Source: Haliotis rufescens (Eukaryota). From it: a stretch of 64,000 nt of DNA. The stretch is from positions 46,252,001 through 46,316,000 of the forward strand of contig NW_025963780.1 in assembly GCF_023055435.1 (NCBI RefSeq). Reading direction: 5' to 3'. This document shows, piece by piece, positions 1 through 13,300 of the stretch (position 1 is its first letter; every line of letters begins with the position of its first letter). The notes beneath the pieces are model-generated. The model saw nothing but the letters and a program-made list of their open reading frames with translations. It ran no database searches and was not told the DNA's origin. The translations under genes were made by a program, and so were the position numbers.

Positions 1-1187
1 TACACACCTATCTCCGGGTTATCCTCAACCCCTGTACTCACCTTTCTCCGGGTTATCCTCATCACCTGTACACACCTATCTCCGTGTAATCCTCTACGTT
101 AAACCTGTACTTGCCTGTCTCCAGGTAATGCTCAACGTTACACCTGTACTCACCTGTCTCCAGTTTATCCTCAACGTTACACCTTTACTCACCTGTCTTC
201 GGGTTATCCTCAACGTTACCCCTGTACTCACCTTTCTCCGGATAATCCCCAATGTTACACCTGTACTCACCTGTCTCCGGGTAATCCTCAACGTTACACC
301 TGTATTCACCTTTCTCCAGGTTATGCTCAACCCCTGTATTCACCTGTCTCCGGGTTATCCTGAACCCCTGTACTCACCTGTCTCCGGATTATCCTCATCG
401 TTACCCATGTATTCACCTTTCTGCGGGTTATTCTCAACCCCTGTTCTCACCTTTCTCCGGGTTATCCTCATCCCCTGTACTCACCTTTCTCCGGATTATC
501 ATCAACGTTACCCCTGTATTCACCTTTCTCCGGGTTATCCTCAACCTCTCTACTCACCTTTCTCCTGGTTATCCTCATCCCCTGTACTCACCTTTCTCCG
601 GGTTATCCTCATCCCCTGTACTCACCTTTCTCCGGGTTATCCTCAACGTTACACCTGTATTCACCTTTCTCCGGGTTATCCTCAACCCCTGTATTCACCT
701 TTCTCCGGGTTATCTTCAACTCCTGTGCTCACCTGTCTCCTGGTTATCCTCAACCCCTGTGCTCACCTTTCTCCGGATTATCATCAACGTTACCCCTGTA
801 TTCACCTTTCTCCGGGTCATCTTCAACTCCTGTGCTCACCTGTCTCCTGGTTATCCTCAACCCCTGTGCTCACCTTTCTCCGGGTTATCCTCAACCCCTG
901 TACTCACCTTTCTCCGGGTTATCCTCAACCCCTGTACTCACCTTTCTCCGGGTTATCTTCAACTCCTGTGCTCACCTGTCTCCTGGTTATCCTCAACCCC
1001 TGTGCTCACCTTTCTCCGGGTTATCCTCAACGTTACACCTGTACTCACCTGTCTCCGGGTTATCCTCAACGTTACACCTGTACTCACCTGTCTCCGGGTT
1101 ATCCTCAACGTTACACCTGTACTCACCTGTCTCCGGGTTATCCTCAACGTTACACCTGTACTCACCTGTCTCCGGGTTATCCTCAAC
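1..1187. repeat. Minisatellite, 39/34-bp units (ctcacctgtctccgggttatcctcaacgttacacctgta), ~33 copies; unit = end of exon 7 + splice donor
   Basis: Direct tandem periodicity; the last unit runs into unique exon 7 sequence at ~1188; the array continues past the window edge. Confidence 0.97.
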
Positions 1188-1314
1188 GGCTGCATCATCA
1201 CCTGCCACAGGACGCTCTCAGACAAAGTGGGCGTTGTCAGAGAACCGTATAAGTAGTAAAAGTCACGTGATGAGGGAAGTAATTGGTCTGGGTTAAAGGT
1301 CACGTTTGAGCCAC
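1166..1314 (-). CDS. alpha-CA exon 7 (GSNVTFNPDQLLPSSRDFYYLYGSLTTPTLSESVLWQVMMQPLRITRRQ)
   Basis: GSLTTP...E.V.W.V...P..I...Q signature; acceptor tttcag|, donor CAG|gtgagt at the phase-0 position after Q that is also used by vertebrate CAs. Confidence 0.95.
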
Positions 1315-4300
1315 CTGAAATGAATTCAGTAACTTTCTGAGTGATTCACTTTTATGAATTAATAATATTACCCCGTCATTCATGCTACGTGCATTAAGTT
1401 AAAATGTTATTATGCCAGACGCCTTCATGTTTTCGTGCAGACGAGTCAATATTCATCACGTGACGTTCAATATTGATGATGTGACGAGTCAATATTTGAG
1501 ATCAATGTCAGTCACATGATTTGGAGTCTACATTGAAAAGTATTGTTTCGTCACGTGGTACGGATCAACCAATGGAATTGCAGGATTCAAAATATCAAAT
1601 GTAATTTCCTAATATTGGATATTTACCATCCCCCAAAACAGTCGTGGGATAACTTTTATTCTACCATGACTGTGAAGAACGCTTAAGTCAGATTGACCAA
1701 TGTAAGAGTAAAAGCAATTTTTAGTGATAATTGTTGCATTAAAGTCCCCCATTTCACACCATACAGTGACTCCTTGTAAACCCTCACTGTGTCAGGAAGT
1801 ATACAGTGATGGCAGATAAATTCAAGCTGAAGAGATCAACTAATACCTAAATAAACACTGACTTAACTTACTTTTGGATTAAATTGTTTCTAACAACTAG
1901 TAATTAGATCTCAATTAATAAATTTTGTAAAAAACATTTTGATAATATCACAAATCCCACTGTTCTTTTCTATGTTGTTGGGGATTGTTGACGAAAACAA
2001 ACACAACATATGCCGTACACGAAGTGTGGATCGCGACTCACCGCAACTGCCAAACCCAGACCTCCAGTGTGGACAAGCATTCCGAGCTGCCATTCTGCTC
2101 ATCATCCGGCTCGCCATGGCTCCTGTACACAGTTCTTCCGTACACACATCACCTGCAACAGACATGTGGCTCAAGAACAGTGATCCTCATAACATAGTTC
2201 ATCTATTATATCTCTATATATACGGATCCCCACTATGCATCTCGTCTCCACACATCTCCCGGTTAATATACAGCCCATCTGTACGGATCCTCACTACACC
2301 GCGCATCTATATGGATCCTCACTTCACCGCTCTTTTATATGGATCCTCACTACACCGCTCATCTATATGGATCCTCACTACAACGCTCATATGTATGGAT
2401 CCTCACTACACCGCTCATCTATATGGACCCTCACTACACCGCTCATCTATATGGATTGCCACTTCATAGCTCATCTATATGGATCCTCACTACACCGCTC
2501 ATCTATATGGATCCTCACTACACTGCTCATCTATATGGACCCTCAGTACACCGCTCATCTATATGGATCCTCACTACACTGCTCATCTATATGGATCGCC
2601 ACTTCATAGCTCATCTATATGGATCCTCACTACACTGCTCATCTATATGGATCCTCACTACACCGCTCTTCTATATGGACCCTCACTACACTGCTCATCT
2701 ATATGGATCCTCACTACACCGCTCATCTATATGGACCCTCACTACACCGCTCATATGTATGGATCCTCACTACACCGCTCATCTATATGGATCGCCACTT
2801 CATAGCTCATCTATATGGATCCTCACTACACCGGTCATCTATATGGATCCTCACTACACAGCTCATCTATATGGATCCTCACTACACCGCTCATCTATAT
2901 GGATCGCCACTTCATAGCTCATCTATATGGATCCTCACTACACCGCTCATGTATATGGATCCTCACTACACCGCTCATCTATATGGATCCTCACTACACC
3001 GCTCATCTATATGGATCCTCACTACATCGCTCATCTATATGGATCCTCACTACATCACTTATCTATATGGATCCTCACTACACCGCTCATCTATATGGAT
3101 CCTCACTACATCGCTCATCTATATGGATCCTCACTACACCGCTCATCTATATGGATCCTCACTACACCGCTCATCTATATGGACCCTCACTACATCGCTC
3201 ATCTATATGGATCCTCACTACATCGCTCATGTATATGGATCCTCAATACAGAGCTCATATATATGGATCCTCACTACATCGCTCATGTATATGGATCCTC
3301 AATACACCGCTCATCTATATGGACCCTCACTACATCGCTCATATATATGGATCCTCACTACACCGCTCATGTATATGGATCCTCAATACAGAGCTCATAT
3401 ATATGGATCCTCACTACACCGCTCATCTATGTGGATCCTCACTACACCGCTCATATGTATGGACCCTCACTACACTGCTCATCTATATAGATTACCACTT
3501 CATAGCTCATCTATATGGATCCTCACTACACCGCTCATATGTATGGATCCTCACTACACCGCTCATCTGTATGGATCCTCATACACCACACATCTGCATG
3601 GATCCTCACTACACCGCTCATATGTATGGATCCTCACTACACCGCTCATCTGTATGGATCCTCATACACCACGCATCTGCATGGATCCTCACTACAACGC
3701 TCATATGTATGGATCCTCACTACACCGCTCATCTAAATGGATCCTCACTACACCGCTCATCTATATGGATCCTCACTACACCGCTCATCTAAATGGATCC
3801 TCACTACACCGCTCATCCAAATGGATCCTCACTACACTGCTCATCTAAATGGATCCTTACTACACCGCTCATCTAAATGGATCCTCACTACACCACTCGT
3901 CTAAATGGATCCTCACTACACCGCTCATCTGTATGGATCCTCACCACACCACTCATCTACATGGATCGCCAATTTATGGCTCATCTATATGGATCGCCAC
4001 TTTGTAGCTCACATATACTGACTCACATATGACTCATACATGTCAGTTATATCTCGGTATGTTAGTTATATCATGGCATATCAGTTATATCACAGTATTA
4101 TCAGTTATATCTCGGTATGTCAGCTATATCATGGTGTGTCAGTTATATCTCGGCAGGTCAGTTATATATTGGTATGTCATTTATATCACAGTGTGTTACT
4201 TATATCACGGCATGTCAGTTATATCATGGTATGTCAGTTATATCACGGCATATCAGTTATATCACAGTATTATCAGTTATATCTCAGTATGTCAGTTATA

Positions 4301-7300
4301 TCTCGGTATGTCAGTTATATCTCGGTAGGTCAGTTATTACTCGGTATGTCATTTATATCACGTTGTGTTACTTATATCACGGCACGTCAGTTATATCCTG
4401 GTGTGCAATTTTATCACGGCTTGTCAGTTATATCACAGTGTACTGTTTTTTCACGGCATGGCAGTTATATCATGGTGTGCTGTTTTATCATGGCATGTCA
4501 GTTATATCATGTTGTGCAGTTTTATCATGGCATGTCAGTTATATTATGGTGTGCAGTTTTATCATGGCATGTCAGTTATATCATGTTGTGCAGTTTTTTC
4601 ACGGCATGGCAGTTATATCAAAGTGTGCAGTTTTATCATGGCATGTCAGTTATATCATGGTGTGCAGTTTTATCATGGCATGTCAGTTATATCATGTTGT
4701 GCAGTTTTATCATGGCATGTCAGTTATATTATGGTGTGCAATTTTATCATAACATGTCAGTTATATCATGGTATGTCAGTTATATTGTGGTGTGCAGTTT
4801 TATCATGGCATGTCAGTTATATCATGGTATGTCAGTTTTATCACGGCAGGTCAGTTATATCACGGTGTGCAGTTTTGTCATGGTATGTCAGTTATATCAT
4901 GTTGTGCAGTTTTATTATGGCATGTCAGTTATATCATGGTATGTCAGTTATATCACTGTGCAGTTTTTTCACGGCATGTCAGTTATATCACGGTATGTCA
5001 GTTATATCACAGTATTATCAGTTATATCTCGGTATGTCAGTTATATCACGGCATATCAGTTATATCACAGTATTATCAGTTATATCTCGGTATGTCAGCT
5101 ATATCATGGTGTGTCAGCTATATCTCGGTAGGTCAGTAATAAATTGGTATGTCAATTATATCTTGGTATGTCAGTTATATCATGGTATGTCAGTTATATC
5201 ACGGCATATCAGTTATATCACAGTATTATCAGTTATATCTTGGTATGTCAGTTATATCTCGGTAGGTCAGTTATACTTCGGTATGTTAGTTATATCACGG
5301 CATGTCAGTTATAACTCGGTATGTCAGCTATATCATGGTGTTTCAGTTCTATCTCGGTAGGTCAGTTCTATCTTGGTATGTCAGTTATATCTCAGTATGT
5401 CAGTTATATCTCGGTATGTCAGTTATATATCGGTATGTCAGTTATATCTCGGTATGTCATTTATATCATGGTGTGTTACTTTTATCACGGCATGTCAGTT
5501 ATATCATGGTGTTTCAGTTCTATCTCGGTAGGACAGTTATATCTCAGTATGTCAGTTATATCTCGGTATGTCAGTTATATCTGATCAGTATGTCAGTTAT
5601 ATCTCGGTATGTCAGTTATGTATCGGTAGGTCAGTTATATCTCGGTATGTCATTTATATCACGGTGTGTTACTTTTATCACGGCATGTCAGTTAGATCCT
5701 GGTGTGCAATTTTATTACGGCTTGTCATTTATATCACACTGTGCAGTCTTTTTCACGGCATGTCAGTTATATCATGGTGTGCAGTTTTATCATGGCATGT
5801 CAGTTATATCATGATATCCAGTTTTATCATGGCATGTCAGTTATATCACTGTGTGCAGTTTTGTAACGGCATATAAGTTATATAATGGTGTGCAGTTTTA
5901 TCACGGCATGTTAGTTATATAATGGTGTGCAGTTTTATCATGGCATGTCAGTTATATCGTGGTGTGCAGTATTATGACGGCATGTTAGTTAAATCACAGT
6001 GTGCAGTTTTATCAAGGCGTGTCAGTTATATCATGGTGTGCAGTTTTATCATGGCATGTCAGTTATATCAAAGTGTGCAGTTTTATCATGGCATGTCACT
6101 TATATCATGGTGTACAGGTTTTATCATGGCATGTCAGTTACATCACGGTGTGCAGTTTTTTCACGGCATCTGAGTTATATCACTGTGTGCAGTTTTATCA
6201 TGGTATTTCAGTTATATCACGATGTGCAATTATATCATGGTGTGTCAGTTATATCAAGGTGTGCAGTTTTATCATGGCATGTTAGTTATATCACGGTGTG
6301 CAGTTTTATCATGGTATGTCAGTTATATCACGATGTGCAGTTATATCACGGTGTGTCAGTTATATAAAGGTGTGCAGTTTTATCATGGCATGTTAGTTAT
6401 ATCACGGTGTGCTGTTTTATCATGGTATTTCAGTTATATCACGATGTGCAGTTATATCACGGTGTGTCAGTTATATCACGGTGTGCAGTTATATCATGGT
6501 GTGTCAGTTATATCATGGCATGTCAGATATATCACGGTGTGCAGTTATATCATGGTGTGTCAGATATATCATGTCATGTCAGTTCAGTGTGGGGCACATA
6601 AAGAGACGCATGTTGTTAAAGTTGATGCAACGCGTGAACAATGATGTGGGAAGAATCTGAGAATCGAGCCCACTGTCAGCAGATCCTGTCGCATCTAAAA
6701 GCGGCAACATCGCAAATGTGGTCCGGTACTGACAGGAGCCCAGTCTTGACAGATTCCACCATAGTGTAGGCGTTGTGACACAATATGACAGATTGTATCC
6801 TCACTTCCGTTATAATCTTGGATGTTAACCAGCCAATCCAGTATGGCGTCTAGTTGAGGGCTGTATTGTCCTTGACGTGTCTGTAACAGAGAAATTAGAC
6901 CGTGACGTGTCTGCAACAGAGAATGAAGACCGTGACGTGTCTGTAACAGGGACATTAAACCGTGACGTTCTGTAACAGGGACATTAAACCTTGACGTGTC
7001 TGTTACAGGGACATTAAACCGTGACATGTCTGTAACAGAGAAATTAGACCCTGACGTGTCTGCAACAGAGAATGAAGACCGTGACGTGTCTGTAACAGGG
7101 ACATTAAACCGTGACGTTCTGTAACAGGGACATTAGAGTGCAAACCATGACGTGTGTGTAACAGGGACATTTAACCGTGACGTTCTGTAACAGGGACATT
7201 AAACCGTGACGTGTCTGTAACAGGGACATTTAACCGTGACGTGTCTGTAAGAGGGACATTAAACCGTGACGTTCTGTAACAGGGACATTAGAGTGCAAAC

Positions 7301-10300
7301 CATGACGTGTCTGTAACAGGGACATTAAACCGTGACGTGTCTGTAACATGGACATTAAACTATGACGTGTCTGTAACAGGGACATTAAACCGTGACGTTC
7401 TATAACAGGGACATTAAACCGTCACTTGTCGGTAACAGAGACATTAGAGTGCAAACCGGGACGTGCCTGTAACAGGGACATTAAACCATGACGAGTCTGT
7501 AACAGGGACATTAAACAATGACGTGTCTGTAACAGGGACATTAAACCGTGACGTTCTGTAACAGGGACATTAGAGTGCAAACCATAACGTGTCTGTAACA
7601 GGGACATTAAACCGTGACGTGTCTGTAACACGGACATTTAACTATGACGTGTCTGTAACAGGGACATTAAACAATGACGTGTCTGTAACAGGGACATTAA
7701 ACCGTGACGTTCTGTAACAGGGACATTAGAGTGCAAACCATGACGTGTCTGTAACAGGGACATTAAACCGTGACGTGTCTGTAACACGGACATTAAACCA
7801 TGACGAGTCTGTAACAGGGACATTAAACAATGACGTGTCTGTAACAGGGACATTAAACCGTGACGTTCTGTAACAGGGACATTAGAGTGCAAACCATGAC
7901 GTGTCTGTAACAGGGACATTTAACTGTGACGTTCTGTAACAGGGACATTAAACCGTGACGTTCTGTAACAGGGACATTAAACCGTGACGTTCTGTAACAG
8001 GGACATTAAACCGTGACGTGTCTGTAACACGGACATTTAACCGTGACGTGTCTGTAAGAGGGACATTAAACCGTGACGTTCTGTAACAGGGACATTAAAC
8101 CGTGACGTTCTATAACAGGGACATTAAACCGTCACTTGTCGGTAACAGAGACATTAGAGTGCAAACCGTGACGTGTCCGTAACAGGGACATTAAACCATG
8201 ACGAGTCTGTAACAGGGACATTAAACAATGACGTGTCTGTAACAGGGACATTAAACCGTGACGTTCTATAACAGGGACATTAAACCGTCACGTGTCGGTA
8301 ACAGAGACATTAGAGTGCAAACCGTGACGTGTCTGTGGCATAGTAACAGAGCGACAAAGCCCTTTCAACACAAAATCGTAACGCACAGATCTAAACATGA
8401 AACAGTTGAGGCAGTTTCACAGGCCTCTTGTTTTCCTTGTTCAGGGAGATAAATCAGTTATTGAACGATATCTGACTATCGATACACCTGAAGCGGAAGT
8501 TAAGCTTCTTGGCCAAATTCCCTTGTTTTGACTTTGCAATTCCGAGCAGAAATTCCGATTCATAGGATTAAAGAAACAGATGAGCAAGAAGGGGTGCGGA
8601 ATACCTACTTCTTGCCTAAATGTCTTACCCCCAATTTTCTCTTTTTTTATATATGACCCGAGCAATAAGGGACAAAACTAGAAATGGTGGACGCGATCGT
8701 AAGTCTCTGTAAAGTATGGGAGTCACGATAACCTCAGCGCTACCAGAGTTTTGTAGAACGGACCCCTGAGTGACATTCAGTTAATACGATGTGGTTGAAG
8801 TATTCTTCTGTTAAACTCAATTGGAGTTTGGTGTGGATCGCGCAGACGCCTATTTACACACAAGACAGTGGGATTTTAAAAAGTTCTAAACAGCAAGTGA
8901 TATATAAAACAAACTCATGTGTAATATCAGCTTTAGAGCAAAGGCGAGTCAGATACCAGAAGTATTCACGAGTTTGCTATTACATGGGAGATGCACTGTA
9001 TATATATCATGCATTGTAAGAAGAAACACGTATACCTTGTAAATATATTGAGTTTTGGGTCAATGGAGTCTCAGTTTGCCAATGGTATGAATAAATAACT
9101 TGACTCTTGTTAAATGCAGGGGTTGATATTAGTGGAATTGGCTGGCTTGTGACTAGCTGATAGAACATTGCAGGGGTTGATATTAGTGGAATTGGCTGGC
9201 TTGTGACTAGCTGATAGAACATTGCAGGGGTTGATATTAGCGGAATTGGCTGGCTTGTGACTAGCTGATAGAACATTGCAGGGGTTGATATTAGCGGAAT
9301 TGGCTGGCTTGTGACTAGCTGATAGAACATTGCAGGGGTTGATATTAGTGGAATTGGCTGGCTTGTGACTAGCTGATAGAACATTGCAGGGGTTGATATT
9401 AGTGAAATTGGCTGGCTTGTGACTAGCTGATAGAACATTGCAGGGGTTGATATTAGTGGAATTGGCTGGCTTGTGACTAGCTGATAGAACATTGCAGGGG
9501 TTGATATTAGTGGAATTGGCTGGCTTGTGACTAGCTGATAGAACATTGCAGGGGTTGATATTAGTGGAATTGGCTGGCTTGTGACTAGCTGATAGAACAT
9601 TGCAGGGGTTGATATTAGTGGAATTGGCTGGCTTGTGACTAGCTGATAGAACATTGCAGGGGTTGATATTAGTGAAATTGGCTGGCTTGTGACTAGCTGA
9701 TAGAACATTGCAGGGGTTGATATTAGTGGAATTGGCTGGCTTGTGACTAGCTGATAGAACATTGCAGGGGTTGATATTAGTGGAATTGGCTGGCTTGTGA
9801 CTAGCTGATAGAACATTGCAGGGGTTGATATTAGTGGAATTGGCTGGCTTGTGACTAGCTGATAGAACATTGCAGGGGTTGATATTGGTTAAATTTGGCT
9901 GGTAGAACAATGCAGGTGATATATAATAAAGGAATTGGCTGGATGGTGACAGGCTGAAAGAACATTGCAGAGGTTGATATTAGTGGAATTGGCTGGATTG
10001 TGACTGGATGATAGAACATTGCAGGGGATGATATTGGTTGAATTTACCTGGACTGTGACTTACTGACTGACTGACTAGAACAATGCAGGGTTTGATATTG
10101 GTCGAATTTGGCTGGACTGGAACTCACTGATAGAACAACGCAAGGGTTGATATTAGTGGAATAGGCTGGATTGTGACTGAGTGATAGAACAATGCGGGGT
10201 TAATATTGGTGGAATTGGCTGGCTTGTGACTGACTGATAGAACAATGCGGGGGTTAGTATTGGTGGAATAGGCTGGATTGTGACTGAGGGATAGAACAAT

Positions 10301-13300
10301 GCGGGGGTTAATATTGGTGGACTTGGCTGGATTGTGACTGGCTGAAAGAACATTGCAGAGGTTGATATTGGTGGAATTGGCTGGATTGTGACTGAGTGAT
10401 AGAACATTGCAGAGGTTGATATTGGTGATATTGGCTGGATGGTGACTGGCTGAAAGAATATGCAGGGTTTGATATTGGTGGAATTTGCCTGGATTGGGAC
10501 TGGCTGATAGAACAATGCAATGGTTTATGTTGGTGGGATTGGCTGGATTGTGACTGGCTCGTAGAAAAATGCAGGTGATATATAATAAAGGAATTGGCTG
10601 GATGTTGACTGGGTGAAAGAACAACGCAAGGGTTGATATTGGTGGAATTGGCTGGATTGTGACTGACTGATAAAACATTGCAGAGGTTGATATTGGTGGA
10701 ATTGGCTGGATTGTGACTGACTGATAAAACATTGCAGAGGTTGATATTGGCGGAATTGGCTGGATTGTGACTGACTGATAAAACATTGCAGAGGTTGATA
10801 TTGGTGGAATTGGCTGGATGGTGACTGACTGACAGTACAATGCGGGTGTTATATTAGTGGAATTGGCTGGATGGTGACTGAGTGATACAACATTGCAGAG
10901 GTTCATATTGGTGGAATTGGCTGGATGGTGACTGAGTAATAGAACATTGCAGAGGTTGGTATTGGTGGAATTGGCTAGATGGTGACTGAGTAATAGAACA
11001 TTGCCGAGGTTGGTATTGGTGGAATTGGCTGGATTGTGACTGAGTAATAGAACATTGCAGAGGTTGATATTGGTGGAATTGGCTAGATGGTGACTGAGTA
11101 ATAGAACATTGCAGAGGTTGGTATTGGTGGAATTGGCTGGATTGTGACTGAGTAATAGAACATTGCAGAGGTTGATATTGGTGGAATTGGCTAGATGGTG
11201 ACTGAGTAATAGAACATTGCAGAGGTTGATATTGGTGGAATTGGCTGGATGGTGACTGAGTGATACAACATTGCAGAGGTTGATATTGGTGGAATTGGCT
11301 GGATGGTGACTGAGTGATACAACATTGCAGAGGTTGATATTGGTGGAATTGGCTGGATGGTGACTGAGTGATAGAACATTGCAGAGGTTGGTTTTGGTGG
11401 AATTGGCTGGATTGTGACTGAGTGATAGAAAATTGCAGAGGTTGATATTGGTGGAATTGGCTGGATGGTGACTGAGTGATAGAACAATGCGGGGGTTAGT
11501 ATTGGTGGAATTGGCTGGATTGTGACTGACTGATAAAACATTGCAGAGGTTGATATTGGAGGAATTGGCTGGATTGTGACTGACTGATAAAACATTGCAG
11601 AGGTTGATATTGGTGGAATTGGCTGGATTGTGACTGACTGATAAAACATTGCAGAGGTTGATATTGGTGGAATTGGCTGGATGGTGACTGACTGATAAAA
11701 CATTGCAGAGGTTGATATTGGCGGAATTGGCTGGATTTTGACTGAGTGATACAACATTGCAGAGGTTGATATTGGTGGAATTGGCTGGATGGTGACTGAG
11801 TGATAGAACATTGCAGAGGTTGATATTGGTGGAATTGGCTAGATGGTGACTGAGTGATAGAACATTGCAGAGGTTGATATTGGTGGAATTGGCTGGATGG
11901 TGACTTAGTGATAGAACATTGCAGAGGTTGATATTGGTGGAATTGGCTGGATGGTGACTGAGTGATAGAACATTGCAGAGGTTGATATTGGTGGAATTGG
12001 CTAGATGGTGACTGAGTGAAACAACATTGCAGAGGTTGATATTGGTGGAATTGGCTGGATGGTGACTGAGTGATACAACATTGCAGAGGTTGATATTGGT
12101 GGAATTGGCTAGATGGTGAATGGCTGAAAGAATATGCAGGGTTTGATATTGGTGGAATTGACTGGATTGCGACTTACTGATAGAACATTGCGGAGGTTTA
12201 TATTGGTGGAATTGGCTGGATTGTGACTGAGTGATACAACATTGCAGAGGTTGATATTGGTGGAATTGGCTGGATTGTGACTGACTGATACAACATTGCA
12301 GAGGTTGATATTGGTGGAATTGCCTGGAATGTGACTGAGTGATACAACATTGCAGAGGTTGATATTGGTGGAATTGGCTGGATTGTGACTGGCTGAAAGA
12401 ATATGCAGGGTTTGATATTAGTCGAATTGGTTGGATTGCGACTGACTGATAGAACAATGCGGGGGTTAATATTTGTGGAATTGGCTGGATTGTGACTGAG
12501 TGATACAACATTGCAGAGGTTGATATTGGTGGAATTGGCTAGATGGTGAATGGCTGAAAGAATATGTAGGGTTTGATATTGGTGGAATTGGCTGGATTGT
12601 GACTGACTGATAGAACATTGCCGAGGTTGATATTGGTGGAATTGGCTGGATGGTGACTGAGTGATAGAACATTGCAGATGTTGATATTGGCGGAATTGCC
12701 TGGATTGTGACTGGCTGGTAGAACAATGAAGGTTGTATATAATAAAGGAATTGGCTGGATGGTGACTGGCTGAAAGAACATTGCAGAGGTTGATATTGGT
12801 GGAATTGGCTGGATTGTGACTGAGTGATACAACATTGCAGAGGTTAGTATTGGTTGAATTGGCTGGATTGTGACTGAGTGATAGAACATTGCAGAGGTTG
12901 ATATTGGTGGAATTGGCTGGATGGTGACTGGCTGAAAGAATATGCGGGGTTTGATATTGGTGGAATTTATCTGGATTGTGACTGACTGATAGAACAACGC
13001 AAGGGTTGATATTGGTGGAATTGGCTGGATTGTGACTGACTGATAAAACATTGCAGAGGTTGATATTGGCGGAATTGGCTGGATGGTGACTGACTGACAG
13101 TACAATGCGGGGGTTAATATTGGTGGAATTGGCTGGATTGTGACTGACTGATAGAACAATGCGGGGGTTAGTATTGGTGGAATAGGCTGGATTGTGACTG
13201 AGTAATAGAACAATGCGGGGGTTATTATTGGTGGACTTGGCTGGATTGTGACTGGCTGAAAGAACATTGCAGAGGTTGATATTGGTGGAATTGGCTGGAT

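Noticed and set aside
1360-1700. Possible DNA-transposon remnants here and at ~47160-47320, 41080-41200 and 63400-64000
   Set aside because: Repeat-like texture but no paired ends, TSDs or coding motifs that I could verify.
6695-6804. Extension of exon 5 to a terminal stop (…HLRCCRF*)
   Set aside because: It would omit the essential GSLTTP exon present downstream; a phase-compatible donor exists at 6804.
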